DNA of 64,000 bases from positions 1 to 64,000 of the forward strand of contig NW_013657657.1 of the NCBI RefSeq assembly GCF_000142905.1, read 5' to 3'. The notes under the pieces were generated by a model. The model worked only from the letters and a program-made list of their open reading frames with translations. It was not told where the DNA came from and ran no database searches. Source of the DNA: Thecamonas trahens ATCC 50062 (Eukaryota > Protista > Apusomonadida). This document shows, piece after piece, positions 32,262 through 43,876 of the stretch. The translations under genes were made by a program, and so were the position numbers. Every line of letters begins with the position of its first letter. Position 1 is the stretch's first letter.

Positions 32262-34257
32262 TCACGACCTTTTTCCGCCACCCCCTCACCCCTCCCCCCT
32301 CCCACACACAGCACGGACGGTACACCTCCTTGCTGGTCGCGAGTACACGGTGGGGAGGAAGAACATGGACATTACTATTGCCGACTCGTCTGTCTCCCGA
32401 ATGCACGGGAGGTTGGTTCTGGAAGTGCCGGGCAAGAGCTGCGATGGTCCTGGCCGAAGGCCTGGTGGCGACTCGGGCACTACGTCGTCGTCCTCGACTT
32501 CTGTTGCTCTGCCAAGGGGATCGCTGGCGACCATCTCGTTTCATGATGCCTCTCGGTTTGGCTCGCTTCACAACGATCGTAAGATGACTCAAGGCGAGAC
32601 GGTGCGGCTGTCATCGGGCTCAATCCTTGGTCTCGGCCTCAACGGCTCGACTGCCACTCTGCGGTACAACGCCATGGTCATTGCGACCTCGTCGCTGCCG
32701 TCGGAGAAGCGTGCGGGCCTTGGTCCGCTCCTTCGCCAGCTCGATGCTGGCTTTACTCCGGTCTGGTCGTCGAGTGTCACACATCTGGTCATGGAGAGCA
32801 TTGTGGTGACGCAAAAGGTTGTCCTCGCCTTGGTCTACGGCGTGCCCATCGTGACTCCTGACTTTCTGGAAGCTCTGGTGGCATCGGCATCTGCAGGCCG
32901 ATCTGAACTTCCGAGCCCAGCCGAGTACATGCCGCGCGTGGTCGACGACATGGTCGACATGTCGGTGGCGAGCTTTGACCCGCGCCCGCTCCGCCGCAGC
33001 CTCTTTGCCGGCCTCACCTTTGTCTTTTTCGCCGCCAACGAGTCCGATCCGTCGCGGGAGGTCATCGAGGCTGCCGGTGGCTCCTGCATCCTTGCTGCCG
33101 CGCCAACCAAGGCGGTTGTGGCCACCCACGGCGCTGACGCCCGGTTTGTGGCCAACATGGACGATCCCGACGAGCCGCAAGCAGCTGCGCTCGCTTCCGC
33201 CATGGCTGCCGCTCTCGGCCCCCACCCGCCACGAATCGTCCACGTGAGCGAAATTGCGCTTGCCATCCTCGCCACCTCGACCGAGCGGTACTGCAATCCG
33301 TGGATGACCGTCGAAGGCGTGCCTCTTCCGCGCAGCGACTCCACCGCCCAAGCAAGCAGAAAGCGCAAGACCTCGCCTGACGCCAGTACCGAGGCTGCGC
33401 AGCCGTCTGCCAAAAAGGCCAAGACCAAAGCCGCGCCTAGTGCCAGGTCCAAGCCCAAGAAGCGGCGCGGCTTGCTAGCGGTCGACGTGCCGCTGGTGCC
33501 GGACACGCCCATATCGCGCGGCCTCGGTGGAGCGGAAGCCAGAGCGGCGCCTACGGGTGTGGTGCCCGAGACGCCGCTTGGTGTGCCGCTATCTGCACCA
33601 TCGCCCGCGGCGGCTCCCACGAGCTCTACCGGCGGAGGTAGCGCAGTACGTGCGCCAGCGCGGCAGGGGGCGCCGCTGGCCGCCACCACTGCCGCCGCCG
33701 CCACGCCACTCTCGCCCTCGCTCGCCCGCGCCGCCACCGCCGCTGCCACCGCCGGCGCTAGCCACAGTGGGAGTGCAAGCCAGACCGCCGACGACGGCAT
33801 CGAGTGGATCTCGACGCGGACCATGTCGCCACCGGCGCGGCCGGCCAAGCCGAAGAAAATGGCCGGCGCCGCGACGCCTGCCCCGCCAGCCGAGTCTCTT
33901 GTGCCCAAGATGATGGCGCTCGTCGACTCGGCCAAGATCTCGCGCGGCAAGCGGAGTAAGGGCAGAGGTAAGCATAGTAAGGTGCTCGACGACCTCGACG
34001 ACCTCGGCGTGGTCAAAGGCGATGTCCACGAGCTTACTCCGCTCGACGATCGCACCTTTGATGCCGAACACGCCACCCTCATTGTCGAGATGGCCCCGCT
34101 GGTGGTCGCTCCCGATGCCGCGACTCGCCCATCCGGCTGGTACGCCGAAGCACCCCTGGTGACGCCTGCCCGCCCTCCCGCTTCTGCTGCCGCCGCTGCC
34201 ACCGTCATCAGTGCTAGCGATCTCGAGCCGTACCATGATCCAGCCAGACTCTGGTGA
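32151..34257 (+). CDS. NBN: Nibrin/NBS1 (FHA plus tandem BRCT)
   Basis: Exon 1 MWELAIS.. at 32151-32205 and phase-consistent intron 32206-32311. FHA EYTVGRKN..DSSVSRMHG..SRFGS; BRCT WSSSVTHLVM..VTQKVVLAL..PIVTPDF; RRSLFAGLTFVF; C-terminal LIVEMAPLVV and VISASDL. Confidence 0.9.
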
Positions 34258-34366
34258 GTAAACATCACAGTGCATCCCCTCGCGCCTGCCGCAGATGCGT
34301 GCAGGCGGACCGCTTTCGGCGCCGTTGATCTGTAGCCGCCGCCACTCCTCGCTCGACTCGCATGCC

Positions 34367-35245
34367 ATGGCGGCGTCAACCCCTCCCCCAGCCGACGGAG
34401 CGAGTCAAAGCCAGCTCGCGACCAACTGGCATGGCTCTGTAGGCTCCGTCCTTACCCGAAACAAGCTCCGGTTGGTGGTGGAGAGCTCGGAGAGCCTTGC
34501 AAGGCTGGGCGAGGAGGCCGTCACCACCCTGCCCACCCTCGAGCACCTCGCTCGGGAAGCCTTTGTGGAGGACGATTTTGACGGCGAGCTGCATGCCATC
34601 TCGCTCCGTGCCAGCGACGAGAACGACAAGATCGTGGCTTTGCTCTTTTGGCGAGGCGTGCCGGTCGATGAGATGCGCGAGTGGATCGCCGCAGCCCAGG
34701 CCATCGAGTCGCGACTGTCTGTCGCTCCCATCGGGCTGCCCACGACGCCGCAGCTCGCGCTTGGCAGCGGCGGCGAGCGCGGCGAGCTCGCCATGGTTCC
34801 GCTGCGTGTGGTGAGTGATGGGCAAGTGGCGTTTGCTGATGGCGCAGTTGCGCCGGCAGCATGGGGTGACTCGCCGTTTGACGGGTGGATGAAGATCGAG
34901 ATCATGGGCACCCGGCCCGGGTACGGTCGGAAGGGGTATGGGCGGCTGCTGCTGGCAACGGCGCTGTTTATGGCTGCCGTGCGCGACGGGCGGCGGCATG
35001 CGGTGCTGCAGGTGGCCGGCGGGGTGGACAACGTGGGCGCCCAGCGGCTGTACGCATCGTTTGGCTTTGAGAAGCCGCCCGACGGCGTCTTTGCCTACCC
35101 CAACGACTCGATCCTTGTCCTGTATGACATTCCGGGCGCACTGCGGGCAATGGCCAGCGCCAGCGGCGCCATGCGCAGCCGGCTATCCGAGCCAGAGAGT
35201 CACCGAATCACCGAGGGCAAAGACGAGCAAGTCGGAAAAGAATAG
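34367..35245 (+). CDS. GNAT-family acetyltransferase
   Basis: Motif A IEIMGTRPGYGRKGYGRLLL and motif B LQVAGGVDNVGAQRLYASFGF. Confidence 0.85.
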   Translation: MAASTPPPADGASQSQLATNWHGSVGSVLTRNKLRLVVESSESLARLGEEAVTTLPTLEHLAREAFVEDDFDGELHAISLRASDENDKIVALLFWRGVPVDEMREWIAAAQAIESRLSVAPIGLPTTPQLALGSGGERGELAMVPLRVVSDGQVAFADGAVAPAAWGDSPFDGWMKIEIMGTRPGYGRKGYGRLLLATALFMAAVRDGRRHAVLQVAGGVDNVGAQRLYASFGFEKPPDGVFAYPNDSILVLYDIPGALRAMASASGAMRSRLSEPESHRITEGKDEQVGKE

Positions 35246-36097
35246 ATAAAAGGCGATGTTGTAGGCGACGTGCCAGAGTTGGTGAGAGTTGCCGAACAGG
35301 TCGAGGACTCGCGACTGAAAGCAGATCCATCGCTCCGGAATCTTGGCCAGGTACAGCGTCATGCCTGCAAGGAGGAGGACGACTGTGGCCACGGCTCGGC
35401 GTGACGAGCCGCCGCGGAGCGAGACAAAGGCCGGGAGGGTGACAAAGATGCCGACACCGACGTTGGCCACCAGGAGCGCCACCGGCGACTCGCGTGCAAT
35501 GTGCACCCGATACCGCGCCACAGCCATGCCCATCACCAGGCAGACTGCCGTGAGGATCATCGCCGCATGGTGCGCCGGCCGCGGGAGGAATGGATACGGG
35601 TAGTCGACAGCGATGAGGCCGAGCGCGTAGGCGATGAGCGCGACGGCAATGCCAAACAAATCGACAGCTGACCAAAAGTGATACCACATCGGGATCTGGC
35701 AGAAGAGGTGGTATGTGATGGTGGCGAGGCAATTGACAAGCGCGAGGCAAACGCCTGCTACAAACACGCCCGGATGGAGACTAGCAGTGGTGTAGAAGGC
35801 CGGCGTCGCCGCAGCGTTGGCCAGCAGCACCAACAGCGGCACGATGCCAAAGATCACCACCGTGTACACGTTGAGCGTCTCATTGTTGACTTTGATCAGG
35901 GTTTGCAAGCAGCTTGCATGGGTGCGGAAGACGGAAAAGCCTGTCTTGATATGGATGTTCTTCAAAAAATGCGGTGCCGCCGTCCTGCCCAACCGTCGTG
36001 CTCCTCCTCCTCCGTCTCCGTCACCGTCTCCGCCACCCCCCACATCCACCACAACCTCGTCTGCCGCCTTGCTTCCATTCCGTTCACGCAGCGTCAT
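35183..36097 (-). CDS. PAQR / hemolysin-III (adiponectin receptor family) 7-TM protein
   Basis: FLKNIHIKTGF, NNETLNVYT, TYHLF...VDLFGI and KIPERW...DLFGNSHQLWHV. Confidence 0.92.
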   Translation of the reverse strand: MTLRERNGSKAADEVVVDVGGGGDGDGDGGGGARRLGRTAAPHFLKNIHIKTGFSVFRTHASCLQTLIKVNNETLNVYTVVIFGIVPLLVLLANAAATPAFYTTASLHPGVFVAGVCLALVNCLATITYHLFCQIPMWYHFWSAVDLFGIAVALIAYALGLIAVDYPYPFLPRPAHHAAMILTAVCLVMGMAVARYRVHIARESPVALLVANVGVGIFVTLPAFVSLRGGSSRRAVATVVLLLAGMTLYLAKIPERWICFQSRVLDLFGNSHQLWHVAYNIAFYLFFSDLLVFALGDSVTLWLG

Positions 36098-37020
36098 TCC
36101 TGCTCACCACGCCCCACCTCTTTCTCTATTGCGCGTCGAGTACCCTTCTCCTTCTCCCCCGCTCCCTCCTCGACCCCCAACCCCCTCACCCTCCCCTCTT
36201 TCCCGCAGCCACGGCAAGCAACACCTTACCCTCCCCCCCCCCTCAACCTCTCCACCGTGACTGACTACTTTTCCCCCACCGTGACCAGCTTCCACCGTGA
36301 CACTCGATCCGTCTCCCTCATTGGCGCAATTCAATCCGTCACCCGACTCAGTTCTTTTTTAGCTGACCACATTCGGCTCGGGCGGTAAGTGGCTGGAGGG
36401 GGGAGGTTTTGATTGGTGAGAAATATATGATGATAATGGGCAACAACGTTTGGTTTGCGGGAGAGTGGCTGGGTGAATTGGGTTGAGGGGGTGGGGGCAG
36501 GGGGCCAAGGGGGCAGGGGGCAGGGGCAGGGCAGGGTATGGGGAGGGTTGTGAATGGGAGGAGTGATTATGGTGTGTAGCGGGTCGTTGGCTTTACCTGG
36601 TGGTTGCCCTTGCCTTGTTCTCCTTCCCCCCCCCCCCCCCCCTTCCCCCCTCCTGCGCCCAACGTCAACCGGCTTGCAGATCTGTGCAAAGGGTGGAGAA
36701 GGGTCAGGGAAGGGAAGGAGAAGGAGAAGGGTGAGAGATTGAAGCACCACCACCGCAGGCATAGGGTGCCAGACTACATACACCCGGGAGTGTGTGTGCG
36801 TGTGTGTGTGTTTGTGTGTGTCTGTGTGGGGGGGATGTATGTCGCGTTCTTCACATGCCCTTGTCTTGGTATGGCTCGTAGTACTCACCACTTGGTCGTA
36901 TGCTGGCAATAGGGCCGTCTGCACTCGTCACACTTCGTCCATACTTCGTCCCCTCCCCTCCTCCCCCCATTCAAGCCACATTCCTTCTCCACTTTGCCAT
37001 CACATACATCCTTCAGCTCA

Positions 37021-37908
37021 ATGTCGTGCTGTAAGAGTGTGCCTGTTCATGACGATGAGCTGGAGATGTCTATGTCGGAGATCTCGGCTACTGAGGACAA
37101 TGACGTCTCGGGCTACAAGCGCATTACAGAGGCCGGCGAGCTGGTGAGGTTTGCGTTTGGAGAGATGATTGGAGCAGCGCAAGACGTCAACTCGCAGTTT
37201 CGAACAGAGATGCAAGACGTGATTGTCATTGATGATGCTTTTGGTCCGGATGGCCTCCGTACACTCTGTTGTGTATTCGATGGCCATGGCGGAGCCAGAG
37301 CGTCGGAGATTGCCGCCGAGTTTCTCCCGCGAGTCCTAGCGCAAGAAGTGGGCCAGCGCGATCCCAAGGACATTTTCCAGGACGCGTTTCTGGCATCAGA
37401 CACAGTGTTTGAAAACGAGGGCATTTTGTATCATGGCACTACGGCCATGTGCGTCATGCTCGAGAAGTACGGCTCGACCATGCTGCTGCACCTCGGATCG
37501 GTTGGCGACTCGCGCGCTGTGCTCTCGTCGCGTGGCCGTGCCATCGATCTTGCTCCTGTCCACACGCCGGCATCTGAAGACGAAGTCACCCGCATCCAGC
37601 GCGAGGGTGGGTTCCTCGCCCGTGGTAAGGTCAACGGCATGGTCGCGGTCACACGCTCGCTCGGCGACCTCGTCATGAAGTCCATCATCATTTCGGATCC
37701 ATTTACCCGCACCGAAGTCCTCACCGCCGACAATGACTGCATCGTTATTGCCTGCGACGGCGTGTGGGACGTCATCCATCCTCAGTCAGCCATCGATACC
37801 TGCATCCGCTCGCCCGATGCAAAGTCGGCCGCGCAAGCCATCCTCAAGGCTGCTCTCGAGCTCGGTTCCACCGACAACCTCTCGGTCATCTGCGTCAAGC
37901 TAACTTGA
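37021..37908 (+). CDS. Protein phosphatase 2C (PPM family)
   Basis: RTEMQD, VFDGHGG, GTTA, VGDSRAVL, VTRSLGD, IACDGVWDV and GSTDNLSVI. Confidence 0.95.
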   Translation: MSCCKSVPVHDDELEMSMSEISATEDNDVSGYKRITEAGELVRFAFGEMIGAAQDVNSQFRTEMQDVIVIDDAFGPDGLRTLCCVFDGHGGARASEIAAEFLPRVLAQEVGQRDPKDIFQDAFLASDTVFENEGILYHGTTAMCVMLEKYGSTMLLHLGSVGDSRAVLSSRGRAIDLAPVHTPASEDEVTRIQREGGFLARGKVNGMVAVTRSLGDLVMKSIIISDPFTRTEVLTADNDCIVIACDGVWDVIHPQSAIDTCIRSPDAKSAAQAILKAALELGSTDNLSVICVKLT

Positions 37909-37956
37909 CAACCGCTGCAATGAAGGATACTCGCGAGGGCTCACGTCGCGTGGCCA

Positions 37957-40795
37957 TCAGCCAAACGTAGCGTTGAGCTTGGACGCGTTGCCGGACGAGG
38001 CCCGGACCCGCCGCTGGGCGACGACTTTGCGGGCGGCAAAGCACATGTCGCACGACCGGACCGGCTGCGGATGCGACGGGAGCGCGACCCGGTTCGACGA
38101 GCAGTCGGCGCAGTAGATGTGTCCACAGAGTCGGCAATGGTGCTTCCGGCGGAAGAGCGAGAACGGAGCATCGCACGAGTTGCACGACGACATGTCAGCG
38201 TCGGGCACCCACGTCTCCTTGTTGAGCTCGGCGTACTCTTTCTCCTGCAGCACATTTTCCAGCTGCGCCACCTCGGCGACAAGCACCGAGACCGAGGCTG
38301 AGAGCTCAGCGACCTTGTCCTTCTCGGCTGCCAGCGCTTCTTCGGCTACGTTGCGCGCCCGGAGCGAGGCCTTGGCCGCCTCTTGCGCATTGCGCAGCTT
38401 GCGCGCCAGTCGTTCCTCGGCGCCACGGCCCTTGGCCAACACACCCTTCAGCTCGGTCTGCAGCATCTGGTTGAGCATTTTCTCCTTCTGCACCTGCCGC
38501 TCCGCCACAGCCGTCTGCTCCTCGGCCGCCGTCTTCTCGCTCAGCGCCTCAGCGAGCGCGTGCTTGATCGACTGCACCTCGTAATGGTGCTGCGCCTCGA
38601 GACGCGCCGTCGTCGCTGCCACAGCCCTGGCCCGAGACTCGGACTCGACCGCCGCAGCGGGAGGCGAACCGCGGCTGTCACCGTCGTCGTCGTCGCCGCC
38701 GCCGCCGCCGGCATCGGCTCTGGTGAACTCTTCTCCGCATGTGCTAGCCTGTGCCAGCTGCGCATTCTCCTCCTCCAACGCGGCGTATGCCAGCTCGAGC
38801 GCAAGCAGCTTTTCGGCGTGCGCCTTGCGGGTCTTGCCCATCGCCTCTTGCAGCGCCGCCAGCGCATGAGAGGTTCTGGAGAGCTCGGTCGTGGCGTCGT
38901 CGCGCTCGGCAGCGGCACTTGCGGCAGCGGTCTTTGCCGCGGCCAGCGCTGCCTCGAGCTCGACGATCCGCGCCTCGAGCGGTTTGACGGCTGTTGCGGC
39001 TGCAGCGGCAGCGGTCTGGCTCTCTTGCAGTGAGTGGTGCTCGAGAATGAGGTCTTCGAGCTCACTGCGGGTCCGAGTAAGAGCAGCCTCGAGCGCGGCG
39101 TGCTTGGCGCCTGCAGCATCGAGCGCCTGGGCGAGTTCAGTAGCCCGGGCCGCGTCGGCAGCGGCGGCGTTGCGGCACTCGTCGGCGTCAGCACGTGCAG
39201 CGTCGGCCTCTTCCGACAGCGAGGCAATCTGCTCGCAGAACAAGTCACAGCGCGCCTTGAGCTCGTTGAGCAGGTCGGCGTCGATGGCGCGGCCTTCGGT
39301 GAGTTCGCCGACTCGGACCTCGAGCTCGGCGACCTGGTCGCGGAGGAGCAAGTTTGCGCGCATCACTCCCGACGGATCCGATGAGACGAGCTGGCTCTTG
39401 AGGGCAGATATCTCGTCGCGAAGCTGCTCGTTCTCAGCAGCAAGCGCAGCCTCGGCGAGGGCTGCCTTTTGCCGAGCCCGTGCGAGCGCTCGCTCGCTCT
39501 CGGCGCGAACCGTTGCGAGCTCGCGGGCGAGGGCGGCCTCGGCCGACTCGTGCAAAGGTGGTGACGCTTGTGGTGGATCGGGTGAGCCCGACATGCTGCC
39601 GCGACTACCTCGGCCGGGCGACGACGCTGGTGGCGATGCCGACGGCGACGCCGTGGCAGGCCCGCCCATGCCGGACATCCACGGCAGAACGTCAGACGAG
39701 GCAAGCGGCGGGTGGCGGGCGCAATAGTTCCGGAGCGCCACAGCGTCGGCGTCGTCGCCGGTGAGCGAGAGCGAGGTCGGAGTGAGCGTGCCAACAAACG
39801 AGACAACCGAGCACGCTTGCATGACAAAGTAGCCCGGGCCGATGAGCGCTCGGCCGGGTGAAGGAAAAGTGCAGGAGCTGAAGGTGTTGCGGGAGGTTGA
39901 CAGCGCCGTAGTGGACGGCGACGTAGATGAGGCACGGAAGAAAGTCGTCGGCCGAGATCGAGTTGGGCATGTCGGGCTCAGCGCCTCCGGCGGCGGTAGC
40001 AGGGCTGCTCGGAGGCGTCAGCGCGGCAAACACAGCGTTGCACGCGTTGAGTAGGACAAGGATCTTGTCATGGGGCAGCGGATAGTCGTCGAGCGCCAAA
40101 AGCTGCGCGCCAGCAGCATCAAGCGCACTGCAGGCCTCGGGCCCGAGTAACGGCAGGTCGAGGTGCTCCGGCTTGAGCACACTGCTGAGATCGGCCACTC
40201 GCTTGGCAAACTCGTCACCGCCAGACGATGGCGCCAGCCGCTCCCACACTTCGTCGAGGAGCGGAGCAAGGACCATTCGCTCGAGCATAGCCGGAAGTGA
40301 GAAGAGCGTGCGGGTCACGGCGCCCGTGCCGGTCCCGATGGTTCCTGCGCGGCGAGCGCGACGGACGGCCGATGCTCCACGGTTTGTCACATCGGCCGCT
40401 CCCGCCGCATCCGCTTGCTCTGCCTCTGCCCCTGCCTCTGCCTCTGATAGCGGCGTTAGATGCCGAGCCGGAGCGGTGAGGAGATCGACGTCTTCGGGTT
40501 GCCAGGCAAAGAGCGGTTCCGACTGGAGGGCAGCAGCAGCTTTGGGAGCATACTCATGGAGTGCAGCGATAGCTTGTTCTAGATCACAAACATCCGAGTC
40601 TCGAGTCAGAGGAAGAATGGGTTTGAGTCGTTTGTGAAGAGTCGATGTGGCCGACGTCAGCGCAGACGCATGCTTGGCCAGCGACCATTGACCGAGCGCC
40701 GCCGCCAGTCTTCGGCATGACCCGTCGGCGGCTTCCAGAACGTCTCTGTCGAGCACCACACCTTTGCTTGCTTGGCTAGTCACAGGCGTAGACAT
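37957..40795 (-). CDS. VPS9 (Rab5 GEF) domain, long coiled coil and C-terminal FYVE finger; frame break at ~39835-39870
   Basis: VPS9 motifs PLPHDKILVLLNAC and SADDFLPCLIYV, completed by GYFVMQACSVVSFV in the next frame. FYVE WVPDADMSSCNSCDAPFSLFRRKHHCRLCGHIYCADCS. Confidence 0.85.
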
Positions 40796-41154
40796 AGGGA
40801 GTCTGCTCGTCCAACTTGCTCCTGCAAACCTTTCTGCCCGCCCTTGCGTTGGTCGACGCGAGCGAGAGGTGTGGGCGTGCGAGGTGGTGACGGCCAGCGG
40901 CCGGCGCTCTTGCCATTGGCAGCCACGACCGGAAGTGATGAGGATAAGCTTGGGAGTGATTGTAGGGGAATCGCAAGTTTAATAGTGCGGCGGGTGACGG
41001 AAATGACAACAGTGTCCACATCGCAAGTCGCGTGGCGATCGGAGGTTGGCATGAGGGCGCTGATTCGATCGCGCAGCAAGGACGGGCAGGGCGGGTCATG
41101 GGAGGCGTGTAGTCGCACGTAGGATGCATCGCAAGCCACACGGCACGCTACTGA

Positions 41155-42009
41155 CTATTGACCGTGGCGTGGCCGACGACAAATCTCACAGATCGGCAAC
41201 GTGTCGTGGTTGACAAAGGTGCAGTCGGGACATATCCATGTGCTCGGTGCCGAGTCTGGAGCTGGATCTGACACAGAGCCTGTGTGTGCTGTCGATGACA
41301 GCGAGAGCGCGAGGGCGAGAGCGAGCTCATCACCTCTGCCGGAAGCATCGCCGCTGCCGGCGGGTGCGTCGGTAGCGCTGCCGATGACAAAAAGCGTGGC
41401 TTGCCGATGCAGCAGCGCATCGACAGCCCACTCTTGCAGGTTGGCACGAATACTGGCGCCATCGAGCTCGTCGACCAGCCGACGGCGACCGATGCGGCGC
41501 GGGTAGCTCTTCTCCGAGTCGAGTAGGTAGAAGCAGCCATCGTCGAGCATGCGGACAGCCATCCAATGGCCGCCCGCCCATGATGCCACGTGAACGAGTA
41601 TGCCCATGGGCATGGCGACTTGGTCGAGTCCGACCATCGTCCGTACCAGCTTTTCAGCCTCTGCCTCTGCCGCAGCCTCGCGACTTGCGTTGCCTCGGGA
41701 GTCGACGGCGGCATGCGAGACGAGGAGCCATGGGACGAGATCACGGGTTTGGAGGGCAGCCAAGAGCACGGCAGCGTCATACTGACCAAGCCACCGCGTG
41801 CCGTACTCTCCCAACGAGCCACTCGGGTCGGTCGCGAGTCCTGATCCGCCTGCGGCGAGAGTGGCAGCCGCCGAGTCGAGCAGCTCGGTCGTGGCCCACG
41901 GCTCGCCGCAGAGGTTGTTGATGGCATGTGCGCCACAGCGGAGGCGGCTTTGTTGCTCGTGGTAGTACTCCACGGATGGCGGTGGGCGACGAGAGTTGGA
42001 CGCCCCCAT
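41155..42009 (-). CDS. Josephin-domain deubiquitinase with UIM-like motif and NZF zinc finger
   Basis: YHEQQSRLRCGAHAINNL, GGHWMAVR..FYLLDS; DELALALALSLS; WICPDCTFVNHDTLPICEIC; N-terminal MGASNS. Confidence 0.9.
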   Translation of the reverse strand: MGASNSRRPPPSVEYYHEQQSRLRCGAHAINNLCGEPWATTELLDSAAATLAAGGSGLATDPSGSLGEYGTRWLGQYDAAVLLAALQTRDLVPWLLVSHAAVDSRGNASREAAAEAEAEKLVRTMVGLDQVAMPMGILVHVASWAGGHWMAVRMLDDGCFYLLDSEKSYPRRIGRRRLVDELDGASIRANLQEWAVDALLHRQATLFVIGSATDAPAGSGDASGRGDELALALALSLSSTAHTGSVSDPAPDSAPSTWICPDCTFVNHDTLPICEICRRPRHGQ

Positions 42010-42148
42010 GGTGGCTACGGCCGTGGTAGGTGGCGTGGCGTCGAGTGGCGTGGTTGGGCGAGGTGCGCGGGATAGACAGGTTACTCCTCCTCCCCCCTCT
42101 TACCCCTCCGGGCATGTGTATTGCAATCGGAGCGCACAAGTCGCGCGG

Positions 42149-43564
42149 CTAGTTGAACAGTATGATGGCAACGGTGACAAGAAGTGTACCAAAGAGCCGA
42201 AAAGCGAGGTTAAGCGGATGGAGGGTGCGGCGGGTCTCGCGTCGGGCAAGATGGATAAAGGTGGCGGCCCACTTGCAGACAATAGCCGAGGCGAGGAAGG
42301 AGAGAACGATGCGGATGAGGGTCATCTCGAGATAAACGAGATTGAGATCAAACGAGGTGGCGAGGTAGAAGAAGAGGAACTCGCGTCCAAACATGAGGCC
42401 GCGGAAGACCGCCATGTCGAGGAGCGCAGTCTCGCGCCACGTCCGCTTGGCAAGTGCCACAAACGACTCTTCGGCCGAGTGTGCCGGCTCGAGAACCTGC
42501 CGCGCGGCAGGCATGAGGTTGACACAGATGAGGAACGGAATGGTGGTGAACGGGAGGAGGATTTGGTCGACCGCAGCGTAGCCAAACATGTTGAGCCCGG
42601 CCTCCTTTTCAAAGTACGTGGTGATGACGATACCGAATGCGGTAGTGGCGACGAGAAAGACCCACGCAATGAGAATGCCAACAAACGGCGCGACCGAGCC
42701 GATCCGCCGAATGTCGCCACCGGCAGCGACAACATCTTCTCTACGCTCCCCGAGCCCGAGAAGCGGGTGCGCGGCAGCCTCGACGTCGGCATGCTGCTCT
42801 TCGAGCATCGGGCTATCTGCATCGTCGCCCCCGTCTCGGTCGGTGTCGGACTCGGCCGACGACATGGAGTGCGAGGCGCCGCCGGCACTCTGCGGCAGTG
42901 CATGGTTGATGACCAACGGCGGCCCGCGGGCGACAACAGCGTCGTCCTGGGCGGGCGTGGACCAGCCGGCCGGCAGACGGATGCCGAAAGCCGCGGCGAC
43001 AGCCGCCAGCAGCTCTGGTGAAGCCTCGTAGATGCATGCCACCGCCCCAAGATAGCCGAGCGCGGTCGGCAGCGCCGCCAGCGGCTTGGACACCTCCATG
43101 CCGAACATCACCTGCACGGGTGCGAGGACAAAGGTGGCTGTGAGAAAGCCGACCACAATGATGAGAACGCCAAACGGTTCGCGGAGCAGGTACGCCTGTG
43201 CCGTCCAGTACACGGTGTTGTTGACCGCGTTCGTCCACAGCACTGATCTCAGCCAAGTCCCGTGTGAGTGCCTTGGTCTCGCCCCTCCATCCCCATCCTC
43301 ACATCACAGTCACTTACATGGATGGGCCCACAAGTACGACCACAAGCCAAGCGTGCCCTGTCCCTCGGTGACTGAATGCGGGAGCAGGATCTCTGTCAGG
43401 AGCAGGACTATCGCAGCCTGGACGGCAGAGTACACCACTGTGGCGAGGAGGAACCGGAGGTTCGAGTGCGAGTGCCGGACACGGGAGACTCTCTGGCCAA
43501 ACACCTCGCCAACGACAGAGAGCAACTGCGTTGGCACAAGCACGAGCAAAGACGGCCGACCCAT
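42149..43564 (-). CDS. Multi-pass membrane protein, possibly an EamA/DMT-like transporter
   Basis: Exons 43564-43318 and 43242-42149 joined in frame by a GTAAGT..CAG intron (43317-43243); two hydrophobic halves separated by an acidic loop. Confidence 0.6.
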
Positions 43565-43876
43565 TCCTCTCGCTCTTGTTCTCTCTACCCCCTGTCTTCC
43601 CTTCCTCTCGAAGAGTCAAGTGGTCCCCACCGCTGCCACCACCACCACCCACACTCGCTCCGCACACGCTCCGCACTTGCGCAGCCTTCCACCGCCAACC
43701 CCCCCCCCCCCCTCCCACCCCACCAAAAAATATTTCCCCCCACCCCCCACCCCCACCCCCCTCTCCTCACCCCCCTCTCCTCCCCCCCTCCCTCTCCCCT
43801 CCCGCTTAACCTCGCACTCACGGTTACTCTCTCCACCACCCACTCCACCCGCCCGCCCACCCACTCACCCACTCTC

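Noticed and set aside
43376-43876. N-terminal extension of the dynein ORF
   Set aside because: Overlaps the opposite-strand gene and a C-rich spacer; dynein-like sequence starts at ATG 43877
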